A DNA stretch of 64,000 nt from positions 29,743-93,742 of the forward strand of contig CAVOGR010000012.1 in NCBI GenBank assembly GCA_963695555.1, given 5' to 3'. Below are positions 31,311 through 39,896 of this stretch, piece by piece. Source of the stretch: an uncultured Gemmatimonadales bacterium. GTDB taxonomy: Bacteria > Gemmatimonadota > Gemmatimonadetes > Gemmatimonadales > GWC2-71-9. Each line of letters begins with the position of its first letter. Position 1 is the first letter of the stretch. The notes beneath the pieces are model-generated. The model was not told the origin of the DNA. It saw only the letters and a list, made by a program, of their open reading frames with translations, and did not search any database. Position numbers and translations under genes: made by a program.

Positions 31311-31604
31311 ATGAGCAACCCGTGGACCCCACAACCGAACGACGAAGAGGACGACGTCCTGTTTTCATCCGGCGGCAGTGACGAAGCCTGGCGGGGCGAT
31401 CTGCACCTGGAAGACGACGAGAGCTGGAGAATCGACGTGGAAGAGGAAAGCACGGGGTTCTACGACGACTTCGAGGACGACGCCGGTGTCGTCGAAACCG
31501 AGGAGGATTGGGGTGCCGAGGAGGAGGCCGCCGACTGGCCGGAGTGGCTGTCCGATCCGGAGTACTGGCTGTATGAGGACCGCGACGAGGGAGAGGCTGC
31601 CTAA
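31311..31604 (+). CDS. Small, highly acidic Trp-rich hypothetical protein
   Basis: 97 aa, about 37 Asp/Glu, 7 Trp, 3 Arg; codon pattern looks coding. Confidence 0.65.
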   Translation: MSNPWTPQPNDEEDDVLFSSGGSDEAWRGDLHLEDDESWRIDVEEESTGFYDDFEDDAGVVETEEDWGAEEEAADWPEWLSDPEYWLYEDRDEGEAA

Positions 31605-31784
31605 CAACCCTCAGCGAGAACCTCGTTCCAGAGCGCACGTCCGCATAGCCCGCCACTGCCCGATTCGTGAAATATCCTGCACGCCGACCTATGACTCGTA
31701 GGTGCCTTCGAGCATATCGTCCGTGATCTCAGCCAAAGCAGACCGACTCCACTCGACCATCGCATGCGGGCTCGTGGTCCATGG

Positions 31785-32696
31785 CTAGTGCTCCGCGGTC
31801 GGTCGGCAAATCAGCACGGGCACGGTCGCGCCGCGCAGTATCTTGTCGGCGACGCTTCCGAGCAGGAAGCGGCGGACGCCTGATTCTCCATGGCTCGCGA
31901 TGGCCACCATACCGGCGTCGTTCTCCTCGACGAGACCGAGAATCGTCGTCGCGGTGTCTCCTCCAGACGCGATTCGGGTGATCACAGCCAGGCCCTTCTG
32001 CCGCAGGACACCCGCGAGGGCACCGAGATAGGCTTCCGCTTGCGATTCCAACTGCTTGGCAACTTCCTCGTCATACCCGACAACGTACGGTAAGGGCGGC
32101 TCCGCAATCGGGAGAGGCGGGTGGACCACGTGCAGCAGCACCAACTCCGCTTGGAACATCGCGGCCAGGTCTCCGGCAGGGCCGAGCACCGTCTCCCCGA
32201 AGCCCGAGCGATCGAGGGCTACCGCAATCCGAGCCGGGACGGGCGCCGGCCCAGCGGAGGTGTCATCGGGGTCCGTCCGGATCAGGACCATCGGGATCGG
32301 CAGCGACCGAACCAGCCGGTCAGCGACACTTCCCATCCAGAATCGGTTGAAGGCACCTCGCCCATGGGTGCTCATCACGATGAGGTCCGGCCGCGTGTCG
32401 AGGACGTGCGTGCTGATGGCCTCGGCCACCGGCCCTTCGAGCAACGACGTGGTCGTCTTGATGACCTGACCCGGAACCAACCGCCCGGGCGCCTGACCCA
32501 GATATGCCTGCGCCGCCTTCCGAGAGGCCTCGGCATAGGCAGTAAACCCCTCGGGAATACCGCCGGGCACGGCTGAGTGATGGACCAGGACGAATTCGAG
32601 CCCGGCGCCCGAGCGCTCGGCGATGGCTCGCGCAAGAGGTACGGCGGCTTCGGCGGAGTGCGAGCCATCGAGCGGAACGAGAATCGTGCGATACAC
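31785..32696 (-). CDS. Universal stress protein (tandem USP domains)
   Basis: ILVPLDGS..AEAA, DLIVMSTHGRG....WMGSVADRLVR, SHGESG..RFLLGSVADKILR. Confidence 0.92.
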   Translation of the reverse strand: MYRTILVPLDGSHSAEAAVPLARAIAERSGAGLEFVLVHHSAVPGGIPEGFTAYAEASRKAAQAYLGQAPGRLVPGQVIKTTTSLLEGPVAEAISTHVLDTRPDLIVMSTHGRGAFNRFWMGSVADRLVRSLPIPMVLIRTDPDDTSAGPAPVPARIAVALDRSGFGETVLGPAGDLAAMFQAELVLLHVVHPPLPIAEPPLPYVVGYDEEVAKQLESQAEAYLGALAGVLRQKGLAVITRIASGGDTATTILGLVEENDAGMVAIASHGESGVRRFLLGSVADKILRGATVPVLICRPTAEH

Positions 32697-32764
32697 CAGT
32701 ACCTCCTCAGCTCCGAATCGGCCTTGCGGCGAAGGAGCCCTTTAGAAATGTCGGCTGCGCAGTG

Positions 32765-32791
32765 TGAAGGACCTGTGAAGCCCTCGCGAAC
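32765..32791. promoter_or_regulatory. Triple direct repeat (11-bp period) between divergent USP and cyc2-like genes
   Basis: TGAAG-gacctg-TGAAG-ccctcg-CGAAC. Confidence 0.6.
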
Positions 32792-32912
32792 CTCCCTTGC
32801 GCACCCCAATCTTCCATATTTCTTCCACTGGCGTTCATGCACGGAGTCCTACTGTAGGCGGGTCATGAGGCAAGCCAACTCACCGCCGGCACAACAGAGG
32901 AGGTACGATTCC

Positions 32913-34106
32913 ATGCCGCGTCGTGTGTTCCAGGGGTCCACGCTGGCCGTGCTCGGTATCCTGCTCGCATTCCCGGTGCGGAATGCTGACGCCATTCCCG
33001 TCTTTGCCCGGCGATACAAGGTCAGCTGCCAGCTGTGCCACAACGTCATCCCGGCACTCACCGCCTTTGGGGAGACCTTTGCGGGCAACGGCTTCCGCAT
33101 GGCGCCGCGCGAGGAAAGCCCGGGTCTCCTCGCCACGGGCGACAGCGCGCTGTCGCTCCTCGAGCAATTTCCCTTGGCCGCACGCTTGGACGCCTACGTC
33201 CAGGGGTTCGCCAATGGCAACGCGGTGACCGATTTCGAGACCCCGTACGGCCTCAAGATCCTGTCGAGCGGGGCGATCTCGAAATCGATTTCCTATTACT
33301 TCTATGCCTTCCTGTTTGAGCGCGGCGAAGTCGGCGGTGTCGAGGACGCGTTCCTTTACGTGGATGACATCAAGGGAGCCAAGCTCGACCTCGCAGTAGG
33401 CCAGTTTCAGATCTCCGACCCCATTTTTAAGCGGGAGCTTCGGCTGGAGTTCGAGGATTATGCCGTGTACCGTGCCCGCGTCGGCGATTCTCCGGTCGAC
33501 CTCACCTACGACCGCGGCATCATGGCCATTGCCGACATCGCCGGCTTTACGGTGACCGGCGAAATCGTCAACGGAAACGGGAAGGGCGAAGCACTCCCCA
33601 ACCGTCGATTCGATGGCGATGGCGGCAAGGATGTGCTGCTGCACGTGTCGCGGGACGTGACCGAGGGCCTTCGGCTCGGGGCGTTTGGATACTACGGCCG
33701 GGCGCGGAGCGGGGGGTTCCGGAACGAGACGAGCATGTTCGGCGCGGACGGTACCGTGACGCACGGCGCCCTGGAATTCAACGTCCAGTACATTCACCGC
33801 GAGGACGATCGCCCGACCTTTGCGCTGTCAGAGCCGCGCGCCAAGCTGGACGGAGGGTTCGGCGAGCTTCTGGTTCGCCCGCCAGGGAGCCCGTGGTACG
33901 GATTCGCCCTCTACAACCTGGTGTCTACCAATCGTCCCCTGCTCGACGTGAGACTCGGTGGACCGGCCAACGTCGATCGATACGAGGCCGTGTCGGCGGG
34001 GGTCGGGCGCTTGATCCAACGCAACCTGCGGGTGACAACCGAGCTCACCTACGATATCGAACTGGAGGAAGGTCGATGGACACTCGGATTCGTAACTGCC
34101 TTCTGA
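32913..34106 (+). CDS. cyc2: Cyc2-like fused monoheme cytochrome c / outer-membrane porin
   Basis: Signal peptide, then AIPVFARRYKVSCQLCHNVIPALTAFGETFAGNGF, matching the Cyc2 N-terminal pattern AxPxFAR..CxxCH...PxL...G..F..G(Y/F). Followed by a beta-strand-rich barrel ending in Phe (LGFVTAF). GGAGG RBS. Confidence 0.8.
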   Translation: MPRRVFQGSTLAVLGILLAFPVRNADAIPVFARRYKVSCQLCHNVIPALTAFGETFAGNGFRMAPREESPGLLATGDSALSLLEQFPLAARLDAYVQGFANGNAVTDFETPYGLKILSSGAISKSISYYFYAFLFERGEVGGVEDAFLYVDDIKGAKLDLAVGQFQISDPIFKRELRLEFEDYAVYRARVGDSPVDLTYDRGIMAIADIAGFTVTGEIVNGNGKGEALPNRRFDGDGGKDVLLHVSRDVTEGLRLGAFGYYGRARSGGFRNETSMFGADGTVTHGALEFNVQYIHREDDRPTFALSEPRAKLDGGFGELLVRPPGSPWYGFALYNLVSTNRPLLDVRLGGPANVDRYEAVSAGVGRLIQRNLRVTTELTYDIELEEGRWTLGFVTAF

Positions 34107-34483
34107 CCGTTGCCGCCTTGGTGTGCTTGGCCCCAGCCCTTGCGGCCCAGGAAAAGACGGTCGAGACCCCGAAGGACGTGACGCCGGAGACGATCGCCGC
34201 GGGAAAGAAGCTGTTCGGCGGTACGGGCCTGTGCAGTGCGTGTCACGGAGCAAAGGCGGAAGGCGGGGTCGGGCCAAACCTGATTGATGAAGAATGGATC
34301 CACAGTACCGGAACTTACGACGAGATCGTCGCCCAGATCCTCGCTGGCGTGCCTGCAGGCAAATCGAAAAGCGGCATTCCCATGCCGCCGAAGGGTGGCT
34401 CGTCACTCAACGAGGAACAAGTCAAAGCGGTGGCCGCGTACGTCTGGTCGCTGAGCCACCAGCCGGCCAAGAAGGCGGGCTAG
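34076..34483 (+). CDS. Periplasmic monoheme cytochrome c
   Basis: Signal peptide, CSACH, GPNL...WIH, distal Met in IPMPPKGG; start overlaps the cyc2-like 3' end. Confidence 0.9.
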   Translation: MDTRIRNCLLTVAALVCLAPALAAQEKTVETPKDVTPETIAAGKKLFGGTGLCSACHGAKAEGGVGPNLIDEEWIHSTGTYDEIVAQILAGVPAGKSKSGIPMPPKGGSSLNEEQVKAVAAYVWSLSHQPAKKAG

Positions 34484-34716
34484 CCCGCGCCTCCATTGTC
34501 GTCGGTGCGTCGGCAGGTCCGGATGCCCAGCCAGGCATAGAGCGGGCAAAACCCGGTGATGGCTGTGGCGATGAAGCCAAGCCCGAGGAGGGTCACGTAC
34601 TTCCAGGGAGAATCGAGCGCCCCATAGAGCCCGAGCAGCATCACGCCGAGCACCAACCGGATCGCTCGATCGACCAGACCCGCATTTCGCATGGCACGCG
34701 ATGGCGTTCCCGTCAT
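34480..34716 (-). CDS. DUF2892 (YgaP-like) small membrane protein
   Basis: NAGLVDRAIRLVLG, TAITGFCPLYAWLGIRTC. Confidence 0.88.
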   Translation of the reverse strand: MTGTPSRAMRNAGLVDRAIRLVLGVMLLGLYGALDSPWKYVTLLGLGFIATAITGFCPLYAWLGIRTCRRTDDNGGAG

Positions 34717-34726
34717 GTTGGGTGCC

Positions 34727-35656
34727 TCACAACGGGACGGTGAGAACGGCGCAGGGAGCCCGGTGCGTCAGCTGTCGGGCCACGCTACGAGATTCCAGCG
34801 GCCCCGGCGGACCGCCGCGATGATATCCCACCACCAGCACTCCCGCCTGGGTATCCGATAACTCCTGCAAGATTTCCGGAACCGGACTGCCGCGCCGAAC
34901 GGTGAGCCGCTCGGCTGCGGACGACTTCGGCTCTAACCGGCCGTCCTGTTCGCCATGCATCGCGAGCTGGTCGAGATCCCGGGCCAGCATTACGCTCCGC
35001 TCGCCGGGAAGCCGCTCGGCGAGGTGAGATGACTCATCGTCGTGTGGCGGCTCGACCGTCACAAAGGAGACATCTTGGCCGATCGCCTGGGCAAAGGCGA
35101 TACCCGCGTGGACCACGGCAAGACCCCGTTCGGTGCCGTCCGCCGCCACCAGAATGGGTGACTCGTCGAATCCATCGGGTGGCACGAAGAGACAGGGCAC
35201 CGGACTCCGGCGAACCACGGAGTCGGCGGTGTCGCCAAGCAACATCCGGCGCAACTGAGAATGGCGCTTTCGGGTCATGACAATGAGGTCGGCCTCGTGG
35301 TCCTCCGCGTACCGGGTGATCTCGACAGACGGAAGGCCCAGACCCACCATGCAGGCCACCGGAACGTCGGCGCCTCCGCAGTCGGCTCCGCGTGGTCCCG
35401 ACCGCCACCAGAGGCAGAGATTGTCGTACTCCTCTGCGAGCCCGTCCCGATCCGGCACGGGCGCAATGGCCTCCATGGAAACTTCCATCGGCCGCTGCAA
35501 CACCGCCGTCGCAACGTAGATTACGCTGACCCGGGCGTGAGCCCGGCCAGCGATGCCCACGGCCGTAGCCTGGGCCGCTCGGGCCGCCTCGGTCTTGTCG
35601 CACGCCACGACGAGATGCCGGAGATTCATTGCGGGTCGCGATCGAACACGAGTCAC
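34727..35656 (-). CDS. Universal stress protein (tandem USP domains)
   Basis: ADLIVM......LLGDTADSVVRRSPVPCLFV, ILVAADG, SVARQL..RAPCAVLTVP. Confidence 0.85.
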   Translation of the reverse strand: MTRVRSRPAMNLRHLVVACDKTEAARAAQATAVGIAGRAHARVSVIYVATAVLQRPMEVSMEAIAPVPDRDGLAEEYDNLCLWWRSGPRGADCGGADVPVACMVGLGLPSVEITRYAEDHEADLIVMTRKRHSQLRRMLLGDTADSVVRRSPVPCLFVPPDGFDESPILVAADGTERGLAVVHAGIAFAQAIGQDVSFVTVEPPHDDESSHLAERLPGERSVMLARDLDQLAMHGEQDGRLEPKSSAAERLTVRRGSPVPEILQELSDTQAGVLVVGYHRGGPPGPLESRSVARQLTHRAPCAVLTVPL

Positions 35657-35680
35657 CCACCTAGGATGGCGTTCATCGGA

Positions 35681-35707
35681 TGAAGTGATGATGAAGCCTC
35701 CTGTAAG
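35681..35707. promoter_or_regulatory. Triple direct repeat (11-bp period) between divergent USP and sensor kinase genes
   Basis: TGAAG-tgatga-TGAAG-cctcct-GTAAG. Confidence 0.6.
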
Positions 35708-35766
35708 CCAGGATCGGCCGTCGAGGCGGGTCGCCCTACCGAGGCCAGGTGCTTAGACTCCAGTCT

Positions 35767-37020
35767 ATGCCCTCCCCCAGGTCCAGAGCCTCGCAGGCGC
35801 GGCTCGAGCGCCTCCTCTCGGCCGGACTCGACTTGACGTCGGTTCTCTCGCTCGACGGCGTGCTTCGTCGGGTCGTCGATCTCGCATGCGAGATCATCGG
35901 CTCGCGCTATGCCGCCATGGGATTACTGGGACCCGACGGGAAATCGCTCCAGCAGTTCGTCACCGCCGGGATCGAGCCGGCGGACTACGCCGCCATCGGT
36001 CGCCCGCCCAAGGGGCTGGGCGTGCTGGGACTCGTCATGCGGGACGGCAAGATCCTCCGGCTCGAGAACCTGACCCAGCACCCCGAGGCCCACGGGTTTC
36101 CGCCGGGGCACCCACCAATGCGCTCCTTCTTGGGCGTGCCGATCGTGGGTCGGCGCGGCAGCATTGGCATCCTCTACATCGCGGAGAAACTCGAAGGCGG
36201 GGCGTTTACCGAGGATGATGAGTACATCGCCCGCCTCATGGCCGCACAGGCGGCGGCAGCGGTCGAGAATGCACGCCTGCATGACGAGAGTGCACGCCTC
36301 CTCGAAGAAGTGCAGCAACTGCACCGGTCGAGGGAGCGCTTCTTCGCCATGGTCAACCACGAGCTGCGGAACGCACTCGCCGGCACCTATGGGTGGGCCG
36401 AGATGCTGGTCCGTCGAAAGGACCCGGCGACGGTGCCCCGCGCGGCATATGAAGTGCTCGACTCCGCCGAGCAGGCCGTCAGCCTGATCAACGACCTGCT
36501 CGACTTGAGCAGACTCGACGAGGACCGGTTGAAGCCGAAGATCGAGGAGGCGGTGCCCGCCGCGATTGTCCGTAGAGCTATCGGGCGGGTGACGCCGGCA
36601 GCCGAAGCCAGGCCTGCCGGGCTCGAGTTCCACGGCGAGAACGAGATTCCGACCTGTGCCACCGATGCCCATCGTGTGGAACAGATCCTGGTGAACCTGC
36701 TGACCAACGCCATTCAGCACAGCCCGCCCGACACGACTGTTCGCACCACCCTCCTGGCGACCGAGGACGCGTGCCGCTTCATGGTCGACGACGAGGGCCC
36801 AGGCATCCCCGAGGACGACCTCGAACGGGTGTTCGACATCTATGCCACAAAGCCTCGTGCCGGGTCTCAGGGCACGGGAATCGGCCTGCCGCTGTCACGG
36901 CGGCTGGCTCGCGTGCTCGGCGGGGAGCTGTGGGCGGAAAACCGGCCCAGCGGCATCGGAGCTCGCTTCGTGCTCGAGCTACCCCAGGTCAGGCGGAGAG
37001 TTGACCGGGTCTCACCGTGA
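35767..37020 (+). CDS. Soluble sensor histidine kinase with DosS/DevS-like GAF domain
   Basis: GAF PKGLGVLG...LRLENL..HP...GFPPGHPPMRSFLGVPI; HisKA NHELRN; HATPase NLLTNA, DEGPGI, GTGIGL; no TM helix. Confidence 0.9.
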   Translation: MPSPRSRASQARLERLLSAGLDLTSVLSLDGVLRRVVDLACEIIGSRYAAMGLLGPDGKSLQQFVTAGIEPADYAAIGRPPKGLGVLGLVMRDGKILRLENLTQHPEAHGFPPGHPPMRSFLGVPIVGRRGSIGILYIAEKLEGGAFTEDDEYIARLMAAQAAAAVENARLHDESARLLEEVQQLHRSRERFFAMVNHELRNALAGTYGWAEMLVRRKDPATVPRAAYEVLDSAEQAVSLINDLLDLSRLDEDRLKPKIEEAVPAAIVRRAIGRVTPAAEARPAGLEFHGENEIPTCATDAHRVEQILVNLLTNAIQHSPPDTTVRTTLLATEDACRFMVDDEGPGIPEDDLERVFDIYATKPRAGSQGTGIGLPLSRRLARVLGGELWAENRPSGIGARFVLELPQVRRRVDRVSP

Positions 37021-37053
37021 AGGTTTCTTCATAAATGGTTCCTCCAGGGTTCA
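37018..37053. promoter_or_regulatory. Regulator box upstream of the response regulator
   Basis: Palindrome TGAAG-gttt-CTTCA overlapping a triple 11-bp-period repeat CTTCA/GTTCC/GTTCA, ending 11 nt before the -10-like TAGGTT. Confidence 0.6.
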
Positions 37054-37077
37054 TCTGCCCGCTCTAGGTTCGGTATC

Positions 37078-37800
37078 ATGAAGATCCTCATCGTGGAAGA
37101 CGACCGGAAGGTCGCCGGGTTCATCGAGCAGGGCCTCAAAGAGGAAGGGTATGTCGTCGATGTCGCCTCGGATGGTGATGAGGCGACCATGCTGGCGCAT
37201 GTCTATGACTACGACGTCATCCTCCTCGACATCGTGTTACCGAAGAAGAACGGCTTCCAGATCGCCACCGAGCTTCGGCGCGAGGGCAAGAGCACTCCGA
37301 TTCTGATGCTGACGTCTCGCGATGCTGTGGAAGACGTGGTGCGGGGATTGGATGCCGGCGCGGACGACTACCTGTCGAAGCCGTTCCGTTTCGATGAGCT
37401 GCTGGCTCGCATCCGGGCGCTGGTGCGGCGCGGCGGCGCCGAACGGCTCGAGATCCTACGCTACGGCCCAGTGTCCCTCGACCGCCTCCGCCATCTCGTC
37501 ACCGTGTACGACGAACCGCTGGATCTGACGCCCAAGGAATTCCAGCTCCTCGAATTTTTCCTTCTCCATCCCGAGGAAGTGGTGCGGCGGACGACGCTGC
37601 TCGAGAAGGTCTGGGATATGCACTTCGACCCCGAGAGCAATGTGGTCGATGTCCATGTGGGAAACCTCCGGCGTAAACTGACCCAAGCCGCTGGTGAACG
37701 GCTCTTGTCCACGGTCCGCGGAGTGGGCTTCGCGCTCCGCCATGACGGCAAGGCCTCCTCGACCACCTCATCAGCAGAGCTCGGCCAGACGGCTCCGTGA
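37078..37800 (+). CDS. OmpR/PhoB-family response regulator (CusR/CzcR-like)
   Basis: MKILIVEDD, LLDIVLP, GADDYLSKPF, LTPKEFQLL, VWDMHFDPESNVVDVHV. Confidence 0.95.
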   Translation: MKILIVEDDRKVAGFIEQGLKEEGYVVDVASDGDEATMLAHVYDYDVILLDIVLPKKNGFQIATELRREGKSTPILMLTSRDAVEDVVRGLDAGADDYLSKPFRFDELLARIRALVRRGGAERLEILRYGPVSLDRLRHLVTVYDEPLDLTPKEFQLLEFFLLHPEEVVRRTTLLEKVWDMHFDPESNVVDVHVGNLRRKLTQAAGERLLSTVRGVGFALRHDGKASSTTSSAELGQTAP

Positions 37801-39629
37801 CCGGTCGGCTGCGGGCCTATGCCCGACCCGGTATAACTCTCCTCTTCATCATCGCAGGCTTTCTGCTGTGGCTCCGTCCGGGCACCACCCAGACGGGGGC
37901 CACGGTCTGGCTGATCGGGTTGGCGCTCACCGGCGCCCCCGTGGTGTGGGGCACGGTGCGAGGAATCCTGATCGGGCGATGGGCTGCCGATGTGGTGGCC
38001 ACCCTGGCCATTCTCACGGCACTCGCGCTCCGCCACCCGCTGGCCGGCCTCATCGTGGTGCTCATGCAGACCGGCGGCGAGGCGCTCGAACGATATGCTG
38101 CGGGAAGGGCATCCGCCGCCGTGCGTGATCTCGAAGCCGCGGCGCCACGCACGGCTCACCGCTACCGGCACGAGGAGGTCGAGGATATTCCCGTCGACCT
38201 GATTCGGGTCGACGACCAGCTCCTCGTGCGTCCGGGTGAACTGATCCCCTGTGACGGGATCACAATCACGGGCCGGTCGAATGTCGACACCTCACGGCTG
38301 ACCGGGGAGCCCCTCCCCGTCGAAGCGGGCCCTGGCACCGTCCTCTTGAGTGGAAGCGTCAACGGAGCGGGCGCCCTCAGGATGCGAGCCACCGCCTTGG
38401 CACGCGAGAGCCAGTACGCCTTGATCGTCGAGTTGGTCCGAACAGCTCAGGCGAGCAAGGCACCGTTGCAGCGCGTCGCCGATCGCTACGCCGTGTGGTT
38501 TACCCCGCTCACCCTGGTGGCCTGCCTCGTGGCATTTGCCTGGTCGGGCGAGGCCGAGCGGATTCTGGCGATCCTGGTGGTCGCCACGCCCTGCCCCCTC
38601 ATCCTCGCAACGCCGGTTGCCATCATCGGAGGCGTCAACCGGTGCGCCCAGGATCAGGTCATCGTGCGCACCGGGGCGGCACTCGAGCAGCTCAGCCAGG
38701 TTACTGTCGGGGTCTTCGACAAGACCGGCACGTTGACCATCGGGCGCCCTCAGGTGAAACAAGTGGTGGCCTTAGCACCGTTCACGGAGCTTGAGGTGTT
38801 GCGTCTGGCCGGTGCGATCGAACAGCAATCGAGCCACCTGCTCGCGCGCACGCTGGTCGAAGCGGCCACGGCCCGTGGGATCAGGTTCCCCGACGTGCAT
38901 CATGTCGTCGAGGCTCCCGGATCGGGCATTCAAGGGATGGTGGAGGAGAAATCCGTCTCGGTGGGGTCCTTGGCGTATCTCAAGACCACCGACCCCGCGG
39001 CAGCGGTGGGCTTTGCAGAACTGGGACAGGGTGCCGACGGCGTCCACGCCTTCGTCGCCGTCGAGGGTAAGCCCGCCGGAATGGTGGAATACGCCGACCG
39101 CATCCGGCCGGAACTTGGCTCGTTCCTCGCACGACTGAATGCGCTGGGCATCCGCCGCACCATCCTGCTCTCGGGAGACATTACCGCCAACGCCGTGGCA
39201 GTGGGGAAGGAACTCGGCATCCAGGAGATCCACGGCGACCTGCTACCTCAAGACAAGGTGAGCCTCGTCCGTCAACTGGTCGATGCGGGCCAGAAGGTCC
39301 TGATGGTCGGGGACGGGACCAACGACGCGCCCGCCCTAAGCACCGCCACGGTCGGCGTGGCGCTGGCCGCACACGGCGGCGGGATCACAGCCGAAGCGGC
39401 CGATATGGTAGTGCTGGCGGACGACCTCAACCGGGTGGCCGATGCCGTCGCCATCAGCCAACGAACGCTGCACATCGCGCGTCAGAGTATCTGGGTCGGC
39501 CTCGGCTTGAGCGGCCTCGCCATGATCATCGCGGGCCTCGGGTACATTCCGCCCACCGTGGGTGCGTTGCTGCAGGAAGGCATCGACGTGACCGTGATCC
39601 TCAATGCCGTCCGGGCGAGCGCATCATGA
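37797..39629 (+). CDS. Heavy-metal P-type ATPase, P1B-5 type (no hemerythrin tail)
   Basis: LTGEP, TM motif ATPCP, FDKTGTLT, MVGDGTNDAPAL, QSIWVGLGLS, PPTVGALLQE. Confidence 0.9.
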   Translation: MTGRLRAYARPGITLLFIIAGFLLWLRPGTTQTGATVWLIGLALTGAPVVWGTVRGILIGRWAADVVATLAILTALALRHPLAGLIVVLMQTGGEALERYAAGRASAAVRDLEAAAPRTAHRYRHEEVEDIPVDLIRVDDQLLVRPGELIPCDGITITGRSNVDTSRLTGEPLPVEAGPGTVLLSGSVNGAGALRMRATALARESQYALIVELVRTAQASKAPLQRVADRYAVWFTPLTLVACLVAFAWSGEAERILAILVVATPCPLILATPVAIIGGVNRCAQDQVIVRTGAALEQLSQVTVGVFDKTGTLTIGRPQVKQVVALAPFTELEVLRLAGAIEQQSSHLLARTLVEAATARGIRFPDVHHVVEAPGSGIQGMVEEKSVSVGSLAYLKTTDPAAAVGFAELGQGADGVHAFVAVEGKPAGMVEYADRIRPELGSFLARLNALGIRRTILLSGDITANAVAVGKELGIQEIHGDLLPQDKVSLVRQLVDAGQKVLMVGDGTNDAPALSTATVGVALAAHGGGITAEAADMVVLADDLNRVADAVAISQRTLHIARQSIWVGLGLSGLAMIIAGLGYIPPTVGALLQEGIDVTVILNAVRASAS

Positions 39630-39640
39630 AGAGCCCTTCA
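39627..39640. promoter_or_regulatory. Palindromic regulator box upstream of the ba3 oxidase operon
   Basis: TGAAG-agcc-CTTCA, same geometry as the palindrome at 37018. Confidence 0.5.
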
Positions 39641-39755
39641 CGGAGCGCGGTCCGAACTCACCCTTGAGAAGATCCGGTCCGGCTCCTATCTTCGGCCCCT
39701 GATCGTTCACCGACCTCCATTTCGCGCCATCGCAGCACACTGTGAGGAGGTATTG

Positions 39756-39896
39756 ATGTCCGAAATGCCCCCCGGGCTCCCCAAGCATCCGATCGGCACC
39801 TTCGCGTTCGTGGCGACGTACATCATCCTGTTCGTCATCGGGTGGCTCGCGATCTACCTGTTCATCTTCCTCGCTCGTCAGCCGGTGACACCATGA
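39756..39896 (+). CDS. cbaD: ba3-type oxidase subunit IIa (46 aa; absent from the ORF track)
   Basis: GAGGAGG RBS. MSEMPPGLPKHPIGTFAFVATYIILFVIGWLAIYLFIFLARQPVTP resembles Thermus IIa (P.G.....W..Y..F.AR). Stop overlaps the cbaB ATG. Confidence 0.85.
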   Translation: MSEMPPGLPKHPIGTFAFVATYIILFVIGWLAIYLFIFLARQPVTP

